DNA of 32,000 nt from Alkanindiges illinoisensis DSM 15370 (GCF_000619845.1 NZ_JHUX01000008.1:60001-92000), one strand, 5' to 3'. Shown: positions 7,490-16,660, counted from the stretch's first letter. Translations and numbers: made by a program. Notes: generated by a model not told the origin, from the letters alone.

Positions 7490-8689
7490 ATGGCACGAGT
7501 AACCTGGAAACCTGTCGCCGCTGGTACACTGGCTTTATGCTGCCTTAGTGTGGTTAATGCCGCGACAGAGCGTTCCGGTTTTTATACAATTGTAGGTCCG
7601 GATGGGCAAATGATTGTAATAGACCGTAATGCTTCTAATAAAAATGACAAGAATTCGGAAGTTACAACGAATGCAAAAATTAAAAAAAAGTCGCCTTTAA
7701 CCTCAAGATGGTCTTTATTTAGCAGGCATAAGCCAGCAAAGGTAACAGAATCAGTAGCACCAATTACCTCAAATCCTCGCGCAGTTGTAGGACTGGTACC
7801 ACAAAACAATGCCTTGCCTGCTCAGCCATCAACGGTTCAGGCGCAAGTTCAGCCTATTGATACCAAGAAGCAGACTAGTCAGGCTACACCTCAGACTCAG
7901 GTTTCTTCTGGATTACCAAAAGAAACTAATCATCAGAAGGTTGTTAATGAGCCTAATTCACAAACTGTTCCTGAAGTCTTAGTAACCAAGCCTAAAACTA
8001 CTTCTCAGGTGTCTGATGCTGAGCCTGTCACTGTGATTGATGGGGAGCAATACATTGATAGTGAGTACCTAGAACAACGCGAATTTAATCTGGAAGGCAA
8101 AAAAAGATTTTATAATTTGCCTGATGGTATAGGCGGCCATGAGGTATTGGAGCGCGAAAAAGGGGTCGATATGACCGTATTTCGCAAGCAAAAAATTGAG
8201 AAGCCTCAAGTAGTTGACTTTTCTAAAAATTATCAGCGTATTCCCCAGGTACAAATTGTTGCGCTAACTGGTGCCACTTGTTTTAATGAAAAACAGCTTA
8301 AAGGTGCCAAGCTATTTAAACAGGATGAATATCTGGATTTCTGGCCCAGACCAGGATTTGAGCCAAAATTTGATTTTGTAGTTGCAAAACTTGCACAACC
8401 TATCAATGATATTCAGGTAACCTCTTATGCTAATAATATGAGTAATCCGAAGTTTTATTGGCCGCTACCTATTTTTCTGGATGAAAAAGGTTGTGTCATG
8501 GAAGGGGTAAATGCTTTTTATCAGGCAACTATAGCGCCTACTGTCACAACACATCAGGCAATTCAGGGATATTTGCATATACCGCAAAATACCCGCTATA
8601 TTTTGTTTACTCCTCTGGAAGCTGCAGCGGATTTATCAGAAACACAACTAACGAACAAAGGACAGGTTCGTTTGACGCCAATTCGTTAG
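7490..8689 (+). CDS. filE: Secreted protein with a P/Q/T-rich linker and a C-terminal globular domain (FilE-like)
   Basis: The ATG at 7490 gives the signal peptide MARVTWKPVAAGTLALCCLSVVNA|AT. The track start at 7478 is a TTG that directly abuts the filD stop codon. I recognise no catalytic motif. The name follows the conserved gene order. Confidence 0.7.
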   Translation: MARVTWKPVAAGTLALCCLSVVNAATERSGFYTIVGPDGQMIVIDRNASNKNDKNSEVTTNAKIKKKSPLTSRWSLFSRHKPAKVTESVAPITSNPRAVVGLVPQNNALPAQPSTVQAQVQPIDTKKQTSQATPQTQVSSGLPKETNHQKVVNEPNSQTVPEVLVTKPKTTSQVSDAEPVTVIDGEQYIDSEYLEQREFNLEGKKRFYNLPDGIGGHEVLEREKGVDMTVFRKQKIEKPQVVDFSKNYQRIPQVQIVALTGATCFNEKQLKGAKLFKQDEYLDFWPRPGFEPKFDFVVAKLAQPINDIQVTSYANNMSNPKFYWPLPIFLDEKGCVMEGVNAFYQATIAPTVTTHQAIQGYLHIPQNTRYILFTPLEAAADLSETQLTNKGQVRLTPIR

Positions 8690-8717
8690 CCTTATTTATT
8701 TAATTGGATATACTGTA

Positions 8718-10772
8718 ATGCGAAATCTTTATCAGGCTTCAAAACTTCCTTTTGCATTAACTAGCCTTTGCTTGATGCTAAGTGCCTGTGGTGGGGGCAG
8801 TAATACCATCAATGAAGATCCTACAGCAGGCGGGGGAAGCAATACTGTTGTTGAGTGTGCAAGCTCTGACACAACGTGCGTTGACCTTGTTTTTGATGAT
8901 ACGCCTGTGGTTAATTTGAACTATGAATGCGGCAAATATCATAGTGTGACCAGTAATACTGGTGTAGCTCGCTGTCCTATAGATTCCAATGTTACATTTT
9001 ATTTAAAAGCAGCTGAAGGGACGCGCAAAATTGTTTTTGGAACACTAGCTGTTAAGCCAGTGCGTAATACAATTTCATCTGAGGTGCAGGATACTTCTTT
9101 AATTCGCATTACCACTAAGGATTTGGCTGAAAGTGTTACTAATTCGACCATTAGCAGTTTAGATGAGAGTGCAGCTGCAAAAACAGCAACTAATATGAGT
9201 CAGTTGTTGCAATCAATCGCTCGTAGTAACCGTGGAGACTCTACTAAGGCTTATACAAGTAGTAATGAGTTTTATATTGATACAGCACCTGTGAACCGGG
9301 TTTATATTGATACAGCTGTCAAAGCTGATATTGAGAAAATGACTGAAGATGTGGCAGCTAAAGATTTTCAGGACACGACATTTATTAGCAAAACCAAGCC
9401 TTGGCTAGAAGCGCAGAAAATAACACTGATTTCTACTGCTGAAGCAAAACATCGCTTGGAAAAAGTCATTTTGGCCAAGAATTCAGGCGTCTTCTTTGCA
9501 ACACCAACACTGGATGCCGGCCTTTTTCAAACCACTGGAGTGGATTTAAAGCTTGGCGTATCAGGTAATGATGGCAGCAATACAAGCGCTACAGTTGCCA
9601 TGTTTGCTTTAACGGATCGTACAGGTGACAATACAGGTTATGGCTTACAGTGGATTGCACCGACTTCTACAGACTTAACCCGGTATGCTATTTATTTACA
9701 AAACAAATATTCAAAAATGCGTTTAGCTGATGATTCCAATGTATTCAATCCCTACACCAATCGCTTTAACAATTTCAGCTTTAATATAGGTCCTAAAGCC
9801 TATACTGCTGATAACTCGGACGCAAATAAATATAATGGCAACACATTTCGGTTCGTAAATGGTAAGTTAATCCGTGATCTTGCAGTACTAGGCTCAGCAG
9901 ATGTTTACAAGCTTTATAATGGCAGTGCAATTAAAGATAGTAGTGAGCTTGGTACATGGGAGCAAAAGAATACCATTGGCGGAACTAATTTTAGTGGTAC
10001 AGCGACAGTATTCAAGCGTGGTGCAGTAAATACTTATCTGGATCCAGCGGTATGGCGTGTTAAAGAACTGGTTTCACTAGGTCAGACCTATCAAATTCCA
10101 TTGTATGCAACGCTTACTATTAATTATCGGGATGAATATACCAAAGCTTGTGCCACCTGTGCAAAATCGGTCACGCTGCCCATTGCAATATTAGCCAATG
10201 GTGACATTGTTACTGATGGTAATAATGAAACCAACTATACTAATTCTGAAGCAGTATGTGGACAGCCTAAAAAAGACGCAAATGGAGACCCAATCAAAGA
10301 TAATGATGGCAATCCGGTTTATTTCAAACAAAAAGTCATTGGAACAATTCGAGCGGCTTATCCAAGTACAGATGGTTCCCAATTTTATCTAAGCCCCAGT
10401 ATTATTTTGGCAGGTGAACAGTTTGGTGACCTAGATGGTACGTTGATTGGTATTGGTGAGCGCGTTAAGATCAATCTGGCAGGTCTCCGTAATGTGGCTG
10501 CAGGTCAGCGTGGTTCAATTAATGCGACCAGTGCCGAATTGGGTGACAGTGATACCAATGCTGCAATCTGGGCGAATACCTATAACAGTTATACCCGTCT
10601 GCGTGTTGAGTATGCAGCATCCAATGATACAGCGACAACGAAAGATGATAAGCTAGATCCAGTTACTGCTGCTGAAAAACTTGCAGCAAACCAAGACTAT
10701 GGTACGCTACAAATCAATAGTTCAGCACAGGTAAATAATTCGCCAAGCTGTACAGTTCAACAAAGACAATAA
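8718..10772 (+). CDS. filF: Large lipoprotein (FilF-like)
   Basis: Lipobox LMLSA|C followed by GGGSN. The N-terminal module is Cys-rich (four further Cys within ~50 aa). The 684-aa size and the last position in the cluster match my recollection of Acinetobacter FilF. Confidence 0.75.
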   Translation: MRNLYQASKLPFALTSLCLMLSACGGGSNTINEDPTAGGGSNTVVECASSDTTCVDLVFDDTPVVNLNYECGKYHSVTSNTGVARCPIDSNVTFYLKAAEGTRKIVFGTLAVKPVRNTISSEVQDTSLIRITTKDLAESVTNSTISSLDESAAAKTATNMSQLLQSIARSNRGDSTKAYTSSNEFYIDTAPVNRVYIDTAVKADIEKMTEDVAAKDFQDTTFISKTKPWLEAQKITLISTAEAKHRLEKVILAKNSGVFFATPTLDAGLFQTTGVDLKLGVSGNDGSNTSATVAMFALTDRTGDNTGYGLQWIAPTSTDLTRYAIYLQNKYSKMRLADDSNVFNPYTNRFNNFSFNIGPKAYTADNSDANKYNGNTFRFVNGKLIRDLAVLGSADVYKLYNGSAIKDSSELGTWEQKNTIGGTNFSGTATVFKRGAVNTYLDPAVWRVKELVSLGQTYQIPLYATLTINYRDEYTKACATCAKSVTLPIAILANGDIVTDGNNETNYTNSEAVCGQPKKDANGDPIKDNDGNPVYFKQKVIGTIRAAYPSTDGSQFYLSPSIILAGEQFGDLDGTLIGIGERVKINLAGLRNVAAGQRGSINATSAELGDSDTNAAIWANTYNSYTRLRVEYAASNDTATTKDDKLDPVTAAEKLAANQDYGTLQINSSAQVNNSPSCTVQQRQ

Positions 10773-10780
10773 AATTATTA

Positions 10781-10807
10781 AAAAAGGGGCAAAAGCCCCT
10801 TTTTTTA
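10781..10807. terminator. Bidirectional Rho-independent terminator between the convergent filF and Nudix genes
   Basis: AAAAA-AGGGGC-AAAA-GCCCCT-TTTTTT. The stem is 10785-10790 / 10795-10800, with an A-run on one side and a T-run on the other. Confidence 0.85.
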
Positions 10808-10839
10808 TAGCTTGCTTTTATAAGTAGAAATCTTTTTAA

Positions 10840-10902
10840 AAGCATTAAGCATTAAGCATTAAGCATTAAGCATTAAGCATTAAGCATTAAGCATTAAGCA
10901 TT
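10840..10902. repeat. Perfect tandem heptanucleotide array, (AAGCATT) x 9
   Basis: Nine uninterrupted 7-nt units counted base by base. The array ends 2 nt before the TGA stop (10905-10907, minus strand) of the Nudix gene. Confidence 0.95.
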
Positions 10903-10904
10903 AG

Positions 10905-11435
10905 TCAGCTGCTAATTGTTTCCAGATGGAGGGTAAACTGGCCGTGCTGCCGGTCATGGAAATAGTGCTTAAGCGTGCGCTCGATACTGGGAAAAGCCAG
11001 TTCATTCCAGGGAATTTCATCTTCACCAAACAGGCCGCATTCCAGGCTTTCTGTCCCGGCGCCATACTGTCCATCCTGTAAACTGCCTTTAAATAGAACA
11101 TAAATCTGCCCAATACGGGGGATATTGTACATGCAGTATAGCTGCTCAATATTCACAACACCTTCTGCTTCTTCCCAGGTTTCACGTGCTGCGCCTTCTT
11201 CCATGGTCTCGTGCAGCTCCATAAACCCTGCTGGTAAGGTCCATAAACCATAGCGGGGTTCAATGGCACGTCTGCACAACAGCACTTTGTCCTGATGAAT
11301 GACCAATGCCCCACAAATGACCTTGGGATTTTCATAATGAATATGACCACAACTGGAACATACCAGACGCTCGCGTTGGTCACCTTCTGGAATAACAATC
11401 TGGCCTTGCTGGCCGCATTTTAGGCAAAAAGACAT
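10905..11435 (-). CDS. NUDIX hydrolase with an N-terminal zinc-ribbon
   Basis: Two CxxC pairs (CLKC...CSSC). Nudix box GFMELHETMEEGAARETWEEAEG, which fits GX5EX7REUXEEXGU. Confidence 0.85.
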   Translation of the reverse strand: MSFCLKCGQQGQIVIPEGDQRERLVCSSCGHIHYENPKVICGALVIHQDKVLLCRRAIEPRYGLWTLPAGFMELHETMEEGAARETWEEAEGVVNIEQLYCMYNIPRIGQIYVLFKGSLQDGQYGAGTESLECGLFGEDEIPWNELAFPSIERTLKHYFHDRQHGQFTLHLETISS

Positions 11436-11530
11436 GAATGGCAGCAGTAAAATCTTGATGAGTTGTTGAGCATAACTGAAAACTTTGTTTGTGGCATCTG
11501 GTTATCGCCAGTTTAACGCGGTAAGCTACG

Positions 11531-12157
11531 ATGATGCAGCAAAATATGATAACTCCGCGATTTAAAGCTGACTCACTGATTGATCAGTTAAGGCAGGGCA
11601 TTGGCTTTGCCCCTTCACCACGCCGTGCCGATGCTGCTGTGCTGCTGGCAATTACCCGTGAAGAGCAACCCAGAGTGTTACTCACCCTTCGTGCATCCCA
11701 CATGCGGCATCATGCAGGTGAGGTGTCTTTTCCAGGCGGACGCAGGGAAGCAGGAGACACCAGTAATATTGTGGTGGCGCTGCGTGAGGCTTTTGAAGAA
11801 ACAGGTTTAAATCCATTTCAGGTAGAGCTTTTGGGGGAATTACCCAGTCAGCGGGCCAAAAGTGGCATGTGGGTTAAACCTATTGTTGGCCTGATTCCAC
11901 CGGATGTGATCCTTATTCCACAGCCAGATGAAATCGAGCGGATTTTCTATGTGGAACTCATGCATATTATTAAGGCACAGCCGCTGCCATATCCAGTACA
12001 GTTCAACCGGCAGCAATATTATATGCCCAGTTTCCAGTTGGATAATGAAATTATCTGGGGTTTGACTGCACGTATTCTGGTGTCTTTGTTCAGGCGTGGG
12101 TTAAGGCACTCTATCGAATGGCCGTTTTTAATGAACCAGCCGCAAGACATTATTTAA
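11531..12157 (+). CDS. nudL: CoA pyrophosphatase (Nudix family, NudL/YeaB-like)
   Basis: LLTLRASHMRHHAGEVSFPGG followed by the Nudix box REAFEETGL. This combination is characteristic of CoA pyrophosphatases. Confidence 0.8.
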   Translation: MMQQNMITPRFKADSLIDQLRQGIGFAPSPRRADAAVLLAITREEQPRVLLTLRASHMRHHAGEVSFPGGRREAGDTSNIVVALREAFEETGLNPFQVELLGELPSQRAKSGMWVKPIVGLIPPDVILIPQPDEIERIFYVELMHIIKAQPLPYPVQFNRQQYYMPSFQLDNEIIWGLTARILVSLFRRGLRHSIEWPFLMNQPQDII

Positions 12158-12218
12158 AACTTTAAATCTTGTGGCTTAAGTCTGGTAATTTAAACCTTAT
12201 AAAACAGGAAGGATGTTT

Positions 12219-12752
12219 ATGCTGTATTGTCTGGATGACCATTGCCCCACTAGTCTAATAAGCCCTTGGGATGGCTGGGTGGCTGACAATGCAACAGTCA
12301 TTGGTCAGGTGCAACTGGGTCAGCAGGTCAGTATCTGGTTTGGTGCAGTTATTCGTGCCGATAACAGCCCGATTATTCTGGGCAATTACAGTAATGTACA
12401 GGAAAACGCAGTGCTGCATACGGATGCGGGTATTGCACTGACAATTGGTGAATATGTAACGATTGGACATCAGGCCATGCTGCATGGCTGTACTATTGGT
12501 GACAATACACTCATTGGCATTAACGCTGTGGTATTGAACAATGCAGTGATTGGCAAGAACTGTATTATTGGTGCCAATGCCCTTATTCCTGAAGGTAAAG
12601 TTATTCCAGACAATTCCATTGTGATGGGATCACCGGGAAAGGTAGTGAAAGAAGCCAGTGAAATGGTGGCACAAATGAACCGCATGAGTGCGCTGCATTA
12701 TGCCAGCCATTACCAGAAATTTAAAAATGGTTTGCGGCCCCATCAGTTATAA
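12219..12752 (+). CDS. Gamma-carbonic-anhydrase-family / hexapeptide-repeat protein (YrdA/PaaY-like)
   Basis: Left-handed beta-helix hexapeptide repeats and the family motifs SIWFGAVIRAD, NVQENAVLH and IGHQAMLHGC. The second ATG (12219) is better spaced from the AGGAAGG Shine-Dalgarno than the ATG at 12213. Confidence 0.85.
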   Translation: MLYCLDDHCPTSLISPWDGWVADNATVIGQVQLGQQVSIWFGAVIRADNSPIILGNYSNVQENAVLHTDAGIALTIGEYVTIGHQAMLHGCTIGDNTLIGINAVVLNNAVIGKNCIIGANALIPEGKVIPDNSIVMGSPGKVVKEASEMVAQMNRMSALHYASHYQKFKNGLRPHQL

Positions 12753-12892
12753 GTGTTAAAGCACATTGCGCGTCTAGGCAATTGTGCAGCCAGACGATTA
12801 CTGGGTAAAGATACGGATTTTGACGTCATTATTTTGATATTATAGTATTTATTAAATGATCTCTTTGCCGTGTTTGACGTAATGAGGTGTGT

Positions 12893-13375
12893 ATGGGTAG
12901 TCAGGTAAAAGCGGTAGCAAAACGCAAGCTGATTGCTGCGCTGGTTAGCGATATGGCACAAACCATCCGGGATCACCATTCCCTACAGCAAGTGATGGAT
13001 TTGCTGGAAAAACAGGTAGAGCTGGCTCAAAAGCAGCCATTTACCAATTTGAGCCGTACGCAAGCCAAGGAGTTGCTGGAGCAATTGCAATCCAAGGTGA
13101 TGCCACAATTATGCACCAGCCTATGCGCGCAAAGCCCGTGGTTTGGCAGTACAGAAAAACGTCTGACTGGGCTGGGTGCTGCATCGTTATATTTGCCTGT
13201 GAATGCCAGTAGTCTGGCCCAGAAGCATCAGCCTTTTACCGTACAGCAGCAATGGCAACGGGTAGGCCAGCAAACGGAGTTGCTCAGGGAACAACTCCAG
13301 CGCAAAATAGATCGTTTAACGGGAGTGCGGGCTAAGACTGATGAATGGGAAACTGTTTTCCCGGAAGACGAGTAA
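12893..13375 (+). CDS. Hypothetical protein, Q/L-rich and probably helical
   Basis: ORF with GAGGTG upstream of the ATG at 12893. No recognisable motif. Codon usage is similar to the neighbouring genes. Confidence 0.55.
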   Translation: MGSQVKAVAKRKLIAALVSDMAQTIRDHHSLQQVMDLLEKQVELAQKQPFTNLSRTQAKELLEQLQSKVMPQLCTSLCAQSPWFGSTEKRLTGLGAASLYLPVNASSLAQKHQPFTVQQQWQRVGQQTELLREQLQRKIDRLTGVRAKTDEWETVFPEDE

Positions 13376-13463
13376 ATCTGACCCCACACTAAGTATTTTT
13401 ATCAGTACTTATTGCGTTATGAGGCCTTTCGAGGTAAATCTTAATTGTTTGACATTATTTCCT

Positions 13464-13886
13464 TTAAGTAAAAATCAGCAGGACACACCAGATTAGTGCT
13501 GCCACCAGCAAGGTTTTGGCAATCAGGCGGATCAGTTCACTGGTCGCAGTGCTGGAACCATGATCATCAAGCGCAAAAATTTGTGCATACAGCTCACCCG
13601 CTCGTGGCCCAAAGCAAAAACCAACCAGCGCGCCTAGTCCAGTAAAAACATAGGCCAAAAACCAGATAAACTGACCATCTCCGTCCGGCTGAGTAAAAGT
13701 GCGGATCAGAGAAGTAATAAAGTCAAACAGGCCACCCAGCAATAATCCCATCACACCTGAAAAAAATGCAAACTGTAACCGGTTAACCCAGCCTTTGGTG
13801 GGTACTTTTTCCGGCTTTCTGGAAAGTCGTGCACGCTGACGTTCACGAAGCGCCTGAAACGCCCGGGTACGTGATAAAGAACGCAT
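13464..13886 (-). CDS. Hypothetical small inner-membrane protein
   Basis: Arg-rich N-terminus followed by three hydrophobic segments (FFSGVMGLLLGGLF, FIWFLAYVFTGLGALVGF, LLVAALIWCVLLIF). Confidence 0.6.
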   Translation of the reverse strand: MRSLSRTRAFQALRERQRARLSRKPEKVPTKGWVNRLQFAFFSGVMGLLLGGLFDFITSLIRTFTQPDGDGQFIWFLAYVFTGLGALVGFCFGPRAGELYAQIFALDDHGSSTATSELIRLIAKTLLVAALIWCVLLIFT

Positions 13887-14150
13887 GATTTCACCCCAAA
13901 CTATGTTCTTAATGGTATCTCACTAATTTATAGTAATTTGTTTTCTTATCTGGTGAATTGCTGTAACTATCCTGTTTGGTTTTTTTGCCAGGATTTAAAG
14001 GTATTCAAACAAAAACAACTTAAGTAATAAATGGTCAACAGTTTTTGTTAATATAGCCCGCTTTAACGATTGGCTTGCAGGCGTTGAGCAGGCGTTAAAA
14101 TCAAATGACATATCAAGAAACAATACACGGGCTAGGCTTGGGGGTACAGG

Positions 14151-14846
14151 ATGCTTTTGGCACTGGAAACAGCAAATGAGTGGTGTTCTGTGGCGTTGTT
14201 TGATGGGCAAACTGTGGTGGCTCATCGTGAGGACAACCGTAGCCGTGAGCAAACCCGCCTGATTTTACCCATGATTGATGCAGTATTGGCCGAGCAGGGA
14301 ATCCATGTGAATGCACTGGATGCCATTGCGTTTAGTCGTGGGCCGGGATCATTTAGTGGTGTGCGAATTAATGCGGCCGTGACGCAGGCTTTGGCATGGG
14401 CGCATGATCTACCGGTTGTGCCGGTATCGACCTTGCAGGCACTGGCGCAGGCTGCATATCGACAGTATCAGTTAACGCAGGTATTGGCAGTGCTGGATGC
14501 CCGGATGAATGAGGTATATGCCGCGGCTTACCAGCTGGATCAGCAGCAACTGATGCAGCCGCTAACTGATGAATCTGGCATTGAACAACTGGTTGCCTAT
14601 GATCAGGTTAGATTGCCTGATCAAACACAGTGTTATGCACTGGCCGGAAATGGTGGTCCTCTATTGACCCATGCCAGTGAACTGGCTACCTATTCAGACG
14701 TACATGCCAATAGTACAGATATTGCCCGGCTGGGCTACGCAGCATTTAAGGCCGGTAAAGCGGTGAGTGCAGATCAGGCGTTGCCGGTTTACTTGCGTGA
14801 CAATGCCTGGAAAAAAATTGCCGAGCAGGGTTCACCAAAAAATTAA
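14151..14846 (+). CDS. tsaB: tRNA N6-threonylcarbamoyladenosine modification protein TsaB (YeaZ)
   Basis: N-terminus LLALETANEWCSVAL and the motif FSRGPGSFSGVRI, both typical of TsaB. Confidence 0.85.
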   Translation: MLLALETANEWCSVALFDGQTVVAHREDNRSREQTRLILPMIDAVLAEQGIHVNALDAIAFSRGPGSFSGVRINAAVTQALAWAHDLPVVPVSTLQALAQAAYRQYQLTQVLAVLDARMNEVYAAAYQLDQQQLMQPLTDESGIEQLVAYDQVRLPDQTQCYALAGNGGPLLTHASELATYSDVHANSTDIARLGYAAFKAGKAVSADQALPVYLRDNAWKKIAEQGSPKN

Positions 14847-14900
14847 GCTTTTTTAATCATGTCAATGTAGTGTGTTGCTTTTATCACATCGGGAGTGCGT

Positions 14901-15722
14901 ATGGATATTTGGTTGCTGATTCAGGCGGCAATTATGGGACTGGTGGAAGGGATTACCGAATTTTTGCCTATTTCCAGTACCGGCCATTTAATTCTAACCG
15001 CACAGCTACTGGATTTCTGGACGCTGGAAAAGCGTGAACTGTTTGCCGTGGCCGTACAAATTGGGGCCATTGCCGCAGTAATTTATGAGTACTGGGGTAA
15101 GCTCTGGGGCGCCTTAATTGGCACATTAACGGGGAAGCGGGAAGACCAGCGCTTTAGCATGAACCTGATTGTGGCATCCATTCCCATTGTGATTATTGGC
15201 TTGAGTCTGGGTGACCAGATCAAGGCCTATTTGTTTAATGCCATAACGGTTGCCATTGCGTTAATTGTGGGCGGTATCATTATTTTATGGGCAGAAAAAC
15301 GGCCACATCAGATTGAAGCACAGGAAGTTGAAGACATCAGCTTTAAGCATGCCATCCTGATTGGCTTGATTCAGTGTCTGGCGCTAATTCCTGGCACCTC
15401 ACGTTCAGGCTCTACCATTATTGGCGGCTTACTGGTGGGCGTGTCACGTAAGGCCGCCGCCGAGTTTTCGTTTTTTCTGGGTATTCCGGTCCTGATGGGC
15501 GCAGGCTTGCTGGACATGTACAAGTCACGGCATGAACTGCACAGCAATGACATGCTGGTACTGGGCGTTGGGATGCTGGTGGCCTTTGTGTCGGCCCTTA
15601 TTGTGATTCGTGCGCTGATCCGTTATGTGTCCAAGCATGATTTTAGTGTGTTTGCCTATTACCGCATTATCTTTGGTGTGGTGATTTTAGTGACGGCGTG
15701 GACAGGCTGGATTCAGTGGTAA
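14901..15722 (+). CDS. uppP: Undecaprenyl-diphosphate phosphatase
   Basis: ITEFLPISSTGHL and PGTSRSGSTI motifs in a polytopic membrane protein. The ATG at 14901 follows GGGAG; the track start at 14895 is a GTG inside that Shine-Dalgarno sequence. Confidence 0.9.
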   Translation: MDIWLLIQAAIMGLVEGITEFLPISSTGHLILTAQLLDFWTLEKRELFAVAVQIGAIAAVIYEYWGKLWGALIGTLTGKREDQRFSMNLIVASIPIVIIGLSLGDQIKAYLFNAITVAIALIVGGIIILWAEKRPHQIEAQEVEDISFKHAILIGLIQCLALIPGTSRSGSTIIGGLLVGVSRKAAAEFSFFLGIPVLMGAGLLDMYKSRHELHSNDMLVLGVGMLVAFVSALIVIRALIRYVSKHDFSVFAYYRIIFGVVILVTAWTGWIQW

Positions 15723-16522
15723 TGCATCTGACATTATGGGCCACGCATGAGCAACAGCAGCATGCACTGGCTTGTCAGCCGCAATTTTTACAACGTGATA
15801 TACAGACGACGCTGCAAATCGTCGACAAAATAAATCCCAAGTTTTTAAGGCAGCATCCTGAGCTGGCACTAATACTGGATAACAATGGATTGCATCTGGC
15901 TGCTGCAGGCATGCAAATGCAACCAGACTGGATTGGCCAGCTGGCCCGCTTGAAGCGTGCCTCACGTAAAAATGAACTGATTGCGCGGGCCTGCCAAACC
16001 GAGCAGCAGCCATTACTGATTGATGCCACCGCAGGCTTGGGTCATGATGGTTTATTACTGGCCTGGCTGGGTGCCCGCGTGACTCTGATTGAACGCCATC
16101 CGGTGCTGTTTGCACTCCTACAGGACGCCCATCTGGCTGCGAGTCATCATGCTGAACTGGCGGAAACCATGCAGCGCATTCAACTGGTGCATGGTGAAGC
16201 CAGTGATTATTTAACGCAATGCCAGCAATCCAGTACCCGTATAGATGTGGTTTATCTGGATCCCATGTTTCCTAAAGGGGGGCATAAAGACCAGAAAAAG
16301 CAGGCACTGGTGAAAAAAGAAATGCAGATATTGCATCAGTTATTGCCTGAGAACGGTACAATGGATTTGGGCGAATATCTGCTGCCATTAGCGCAACAAA
16401 TAGCAGGCCGGGTGATTGTCAAGCGGCCACGGCATGCCCCAACCCTAACAGCAGCTATTCCCCAGCACCAATGGCTGGGAGATGCCTGCCGCTTTGATGG
16501 TTATTTCCAGGCCAGGCTATAG
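15722..16522 (+). CDS. rsmJ: 16S rRNA (guanine1516-N2)-methyltransferase RsmJ
   Basis: DATAGLGHDG SAM-binding motif and VVYLDPMFP motif. The ATG overlaps the uppP stop as TAATG. Confidence 0.85.
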   Translation: MHLTLWATHEQQQHALACQPQFLQRDIQTTLQIVDKINPKFLRQHPELALILDNNGLHLAAAGMQMQPDWIGQLARLKRASRKNELIARACQTEQQPLLIDATAGLGHDGLLLAWLGARVTLIERHPVLFALLQDAHLAASHHAELAETMQRIQLVHGEASDYLTQCQQSSTRIDVVYLDPMFPKGGHKDQKKQALVKKEMQILHQLLPENGTMDLGEYLLPLAQQIAGRVIVKRPRHAPTLTAAIPQHQWLGDACRFDGYFQARL

Positions 16523-16660
16523 TAAGCAGGACAGCGTGGTGTAATCTTGGAACTATCGCTGTTTTGCACCTCAAGCTGCACATAAAAATCAGGGTAATTG
16601 TGCCATTAACCCTTTTGCTATCGGTACATTCAGTCTTAGGCATTTAAAACGGAAGCTTCA

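Noticed and set aside
1-10772. Classifying the cluster as a chaperone-usher, type IV, curli or sortase pilus locus
   Set aside because: There is no PapD-like chaperone, large usher, prepilin leader or peptidase, secretin or ATPase. There are no CsgA-type Q/N repeats or CsgG, and no LPXTG. The components do not fit any of these systems.
10840-10902. Repeat array considered as a CRISPR array or as a phase-variation tract in a promoter or ORF
   Set aside because: The 7-nt period with no spacers rules out CRISPR. The array lies between two convergent 3' ends, so it is in neither a promoter nor a reading frame. I kept it as a VNTR-type finding only.
12820-12848. Sigma70 promoter (TTGACG ... TATAGT) upstream of the 12893 ORF
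   Set aside because: The -35 element is good, but the best -10 candidates sit at 15-bp spacing (TATAGT) or are poor at 17-bp spacing (TAGTAT). It is too ambiguous to report as a feature.
15687-16115. 142-aa minus-strand ORF, plus the 84-aa ORF at 15775-16029
   Set aside because: Both are antisense to rsmJ. Their composition (Ala/Pro/Arg/His-rich) is typical of an out-of-frame translation.
16523-16660. BirA/bio operator or terminator upstream of bioC
   Set aside because: I found only a weak 6-bp inverted repeat (ACAGCG...CGCTGT) with a 20-nt loop. No long palindrome resembling a bio operator is present, so the support is insufficient.
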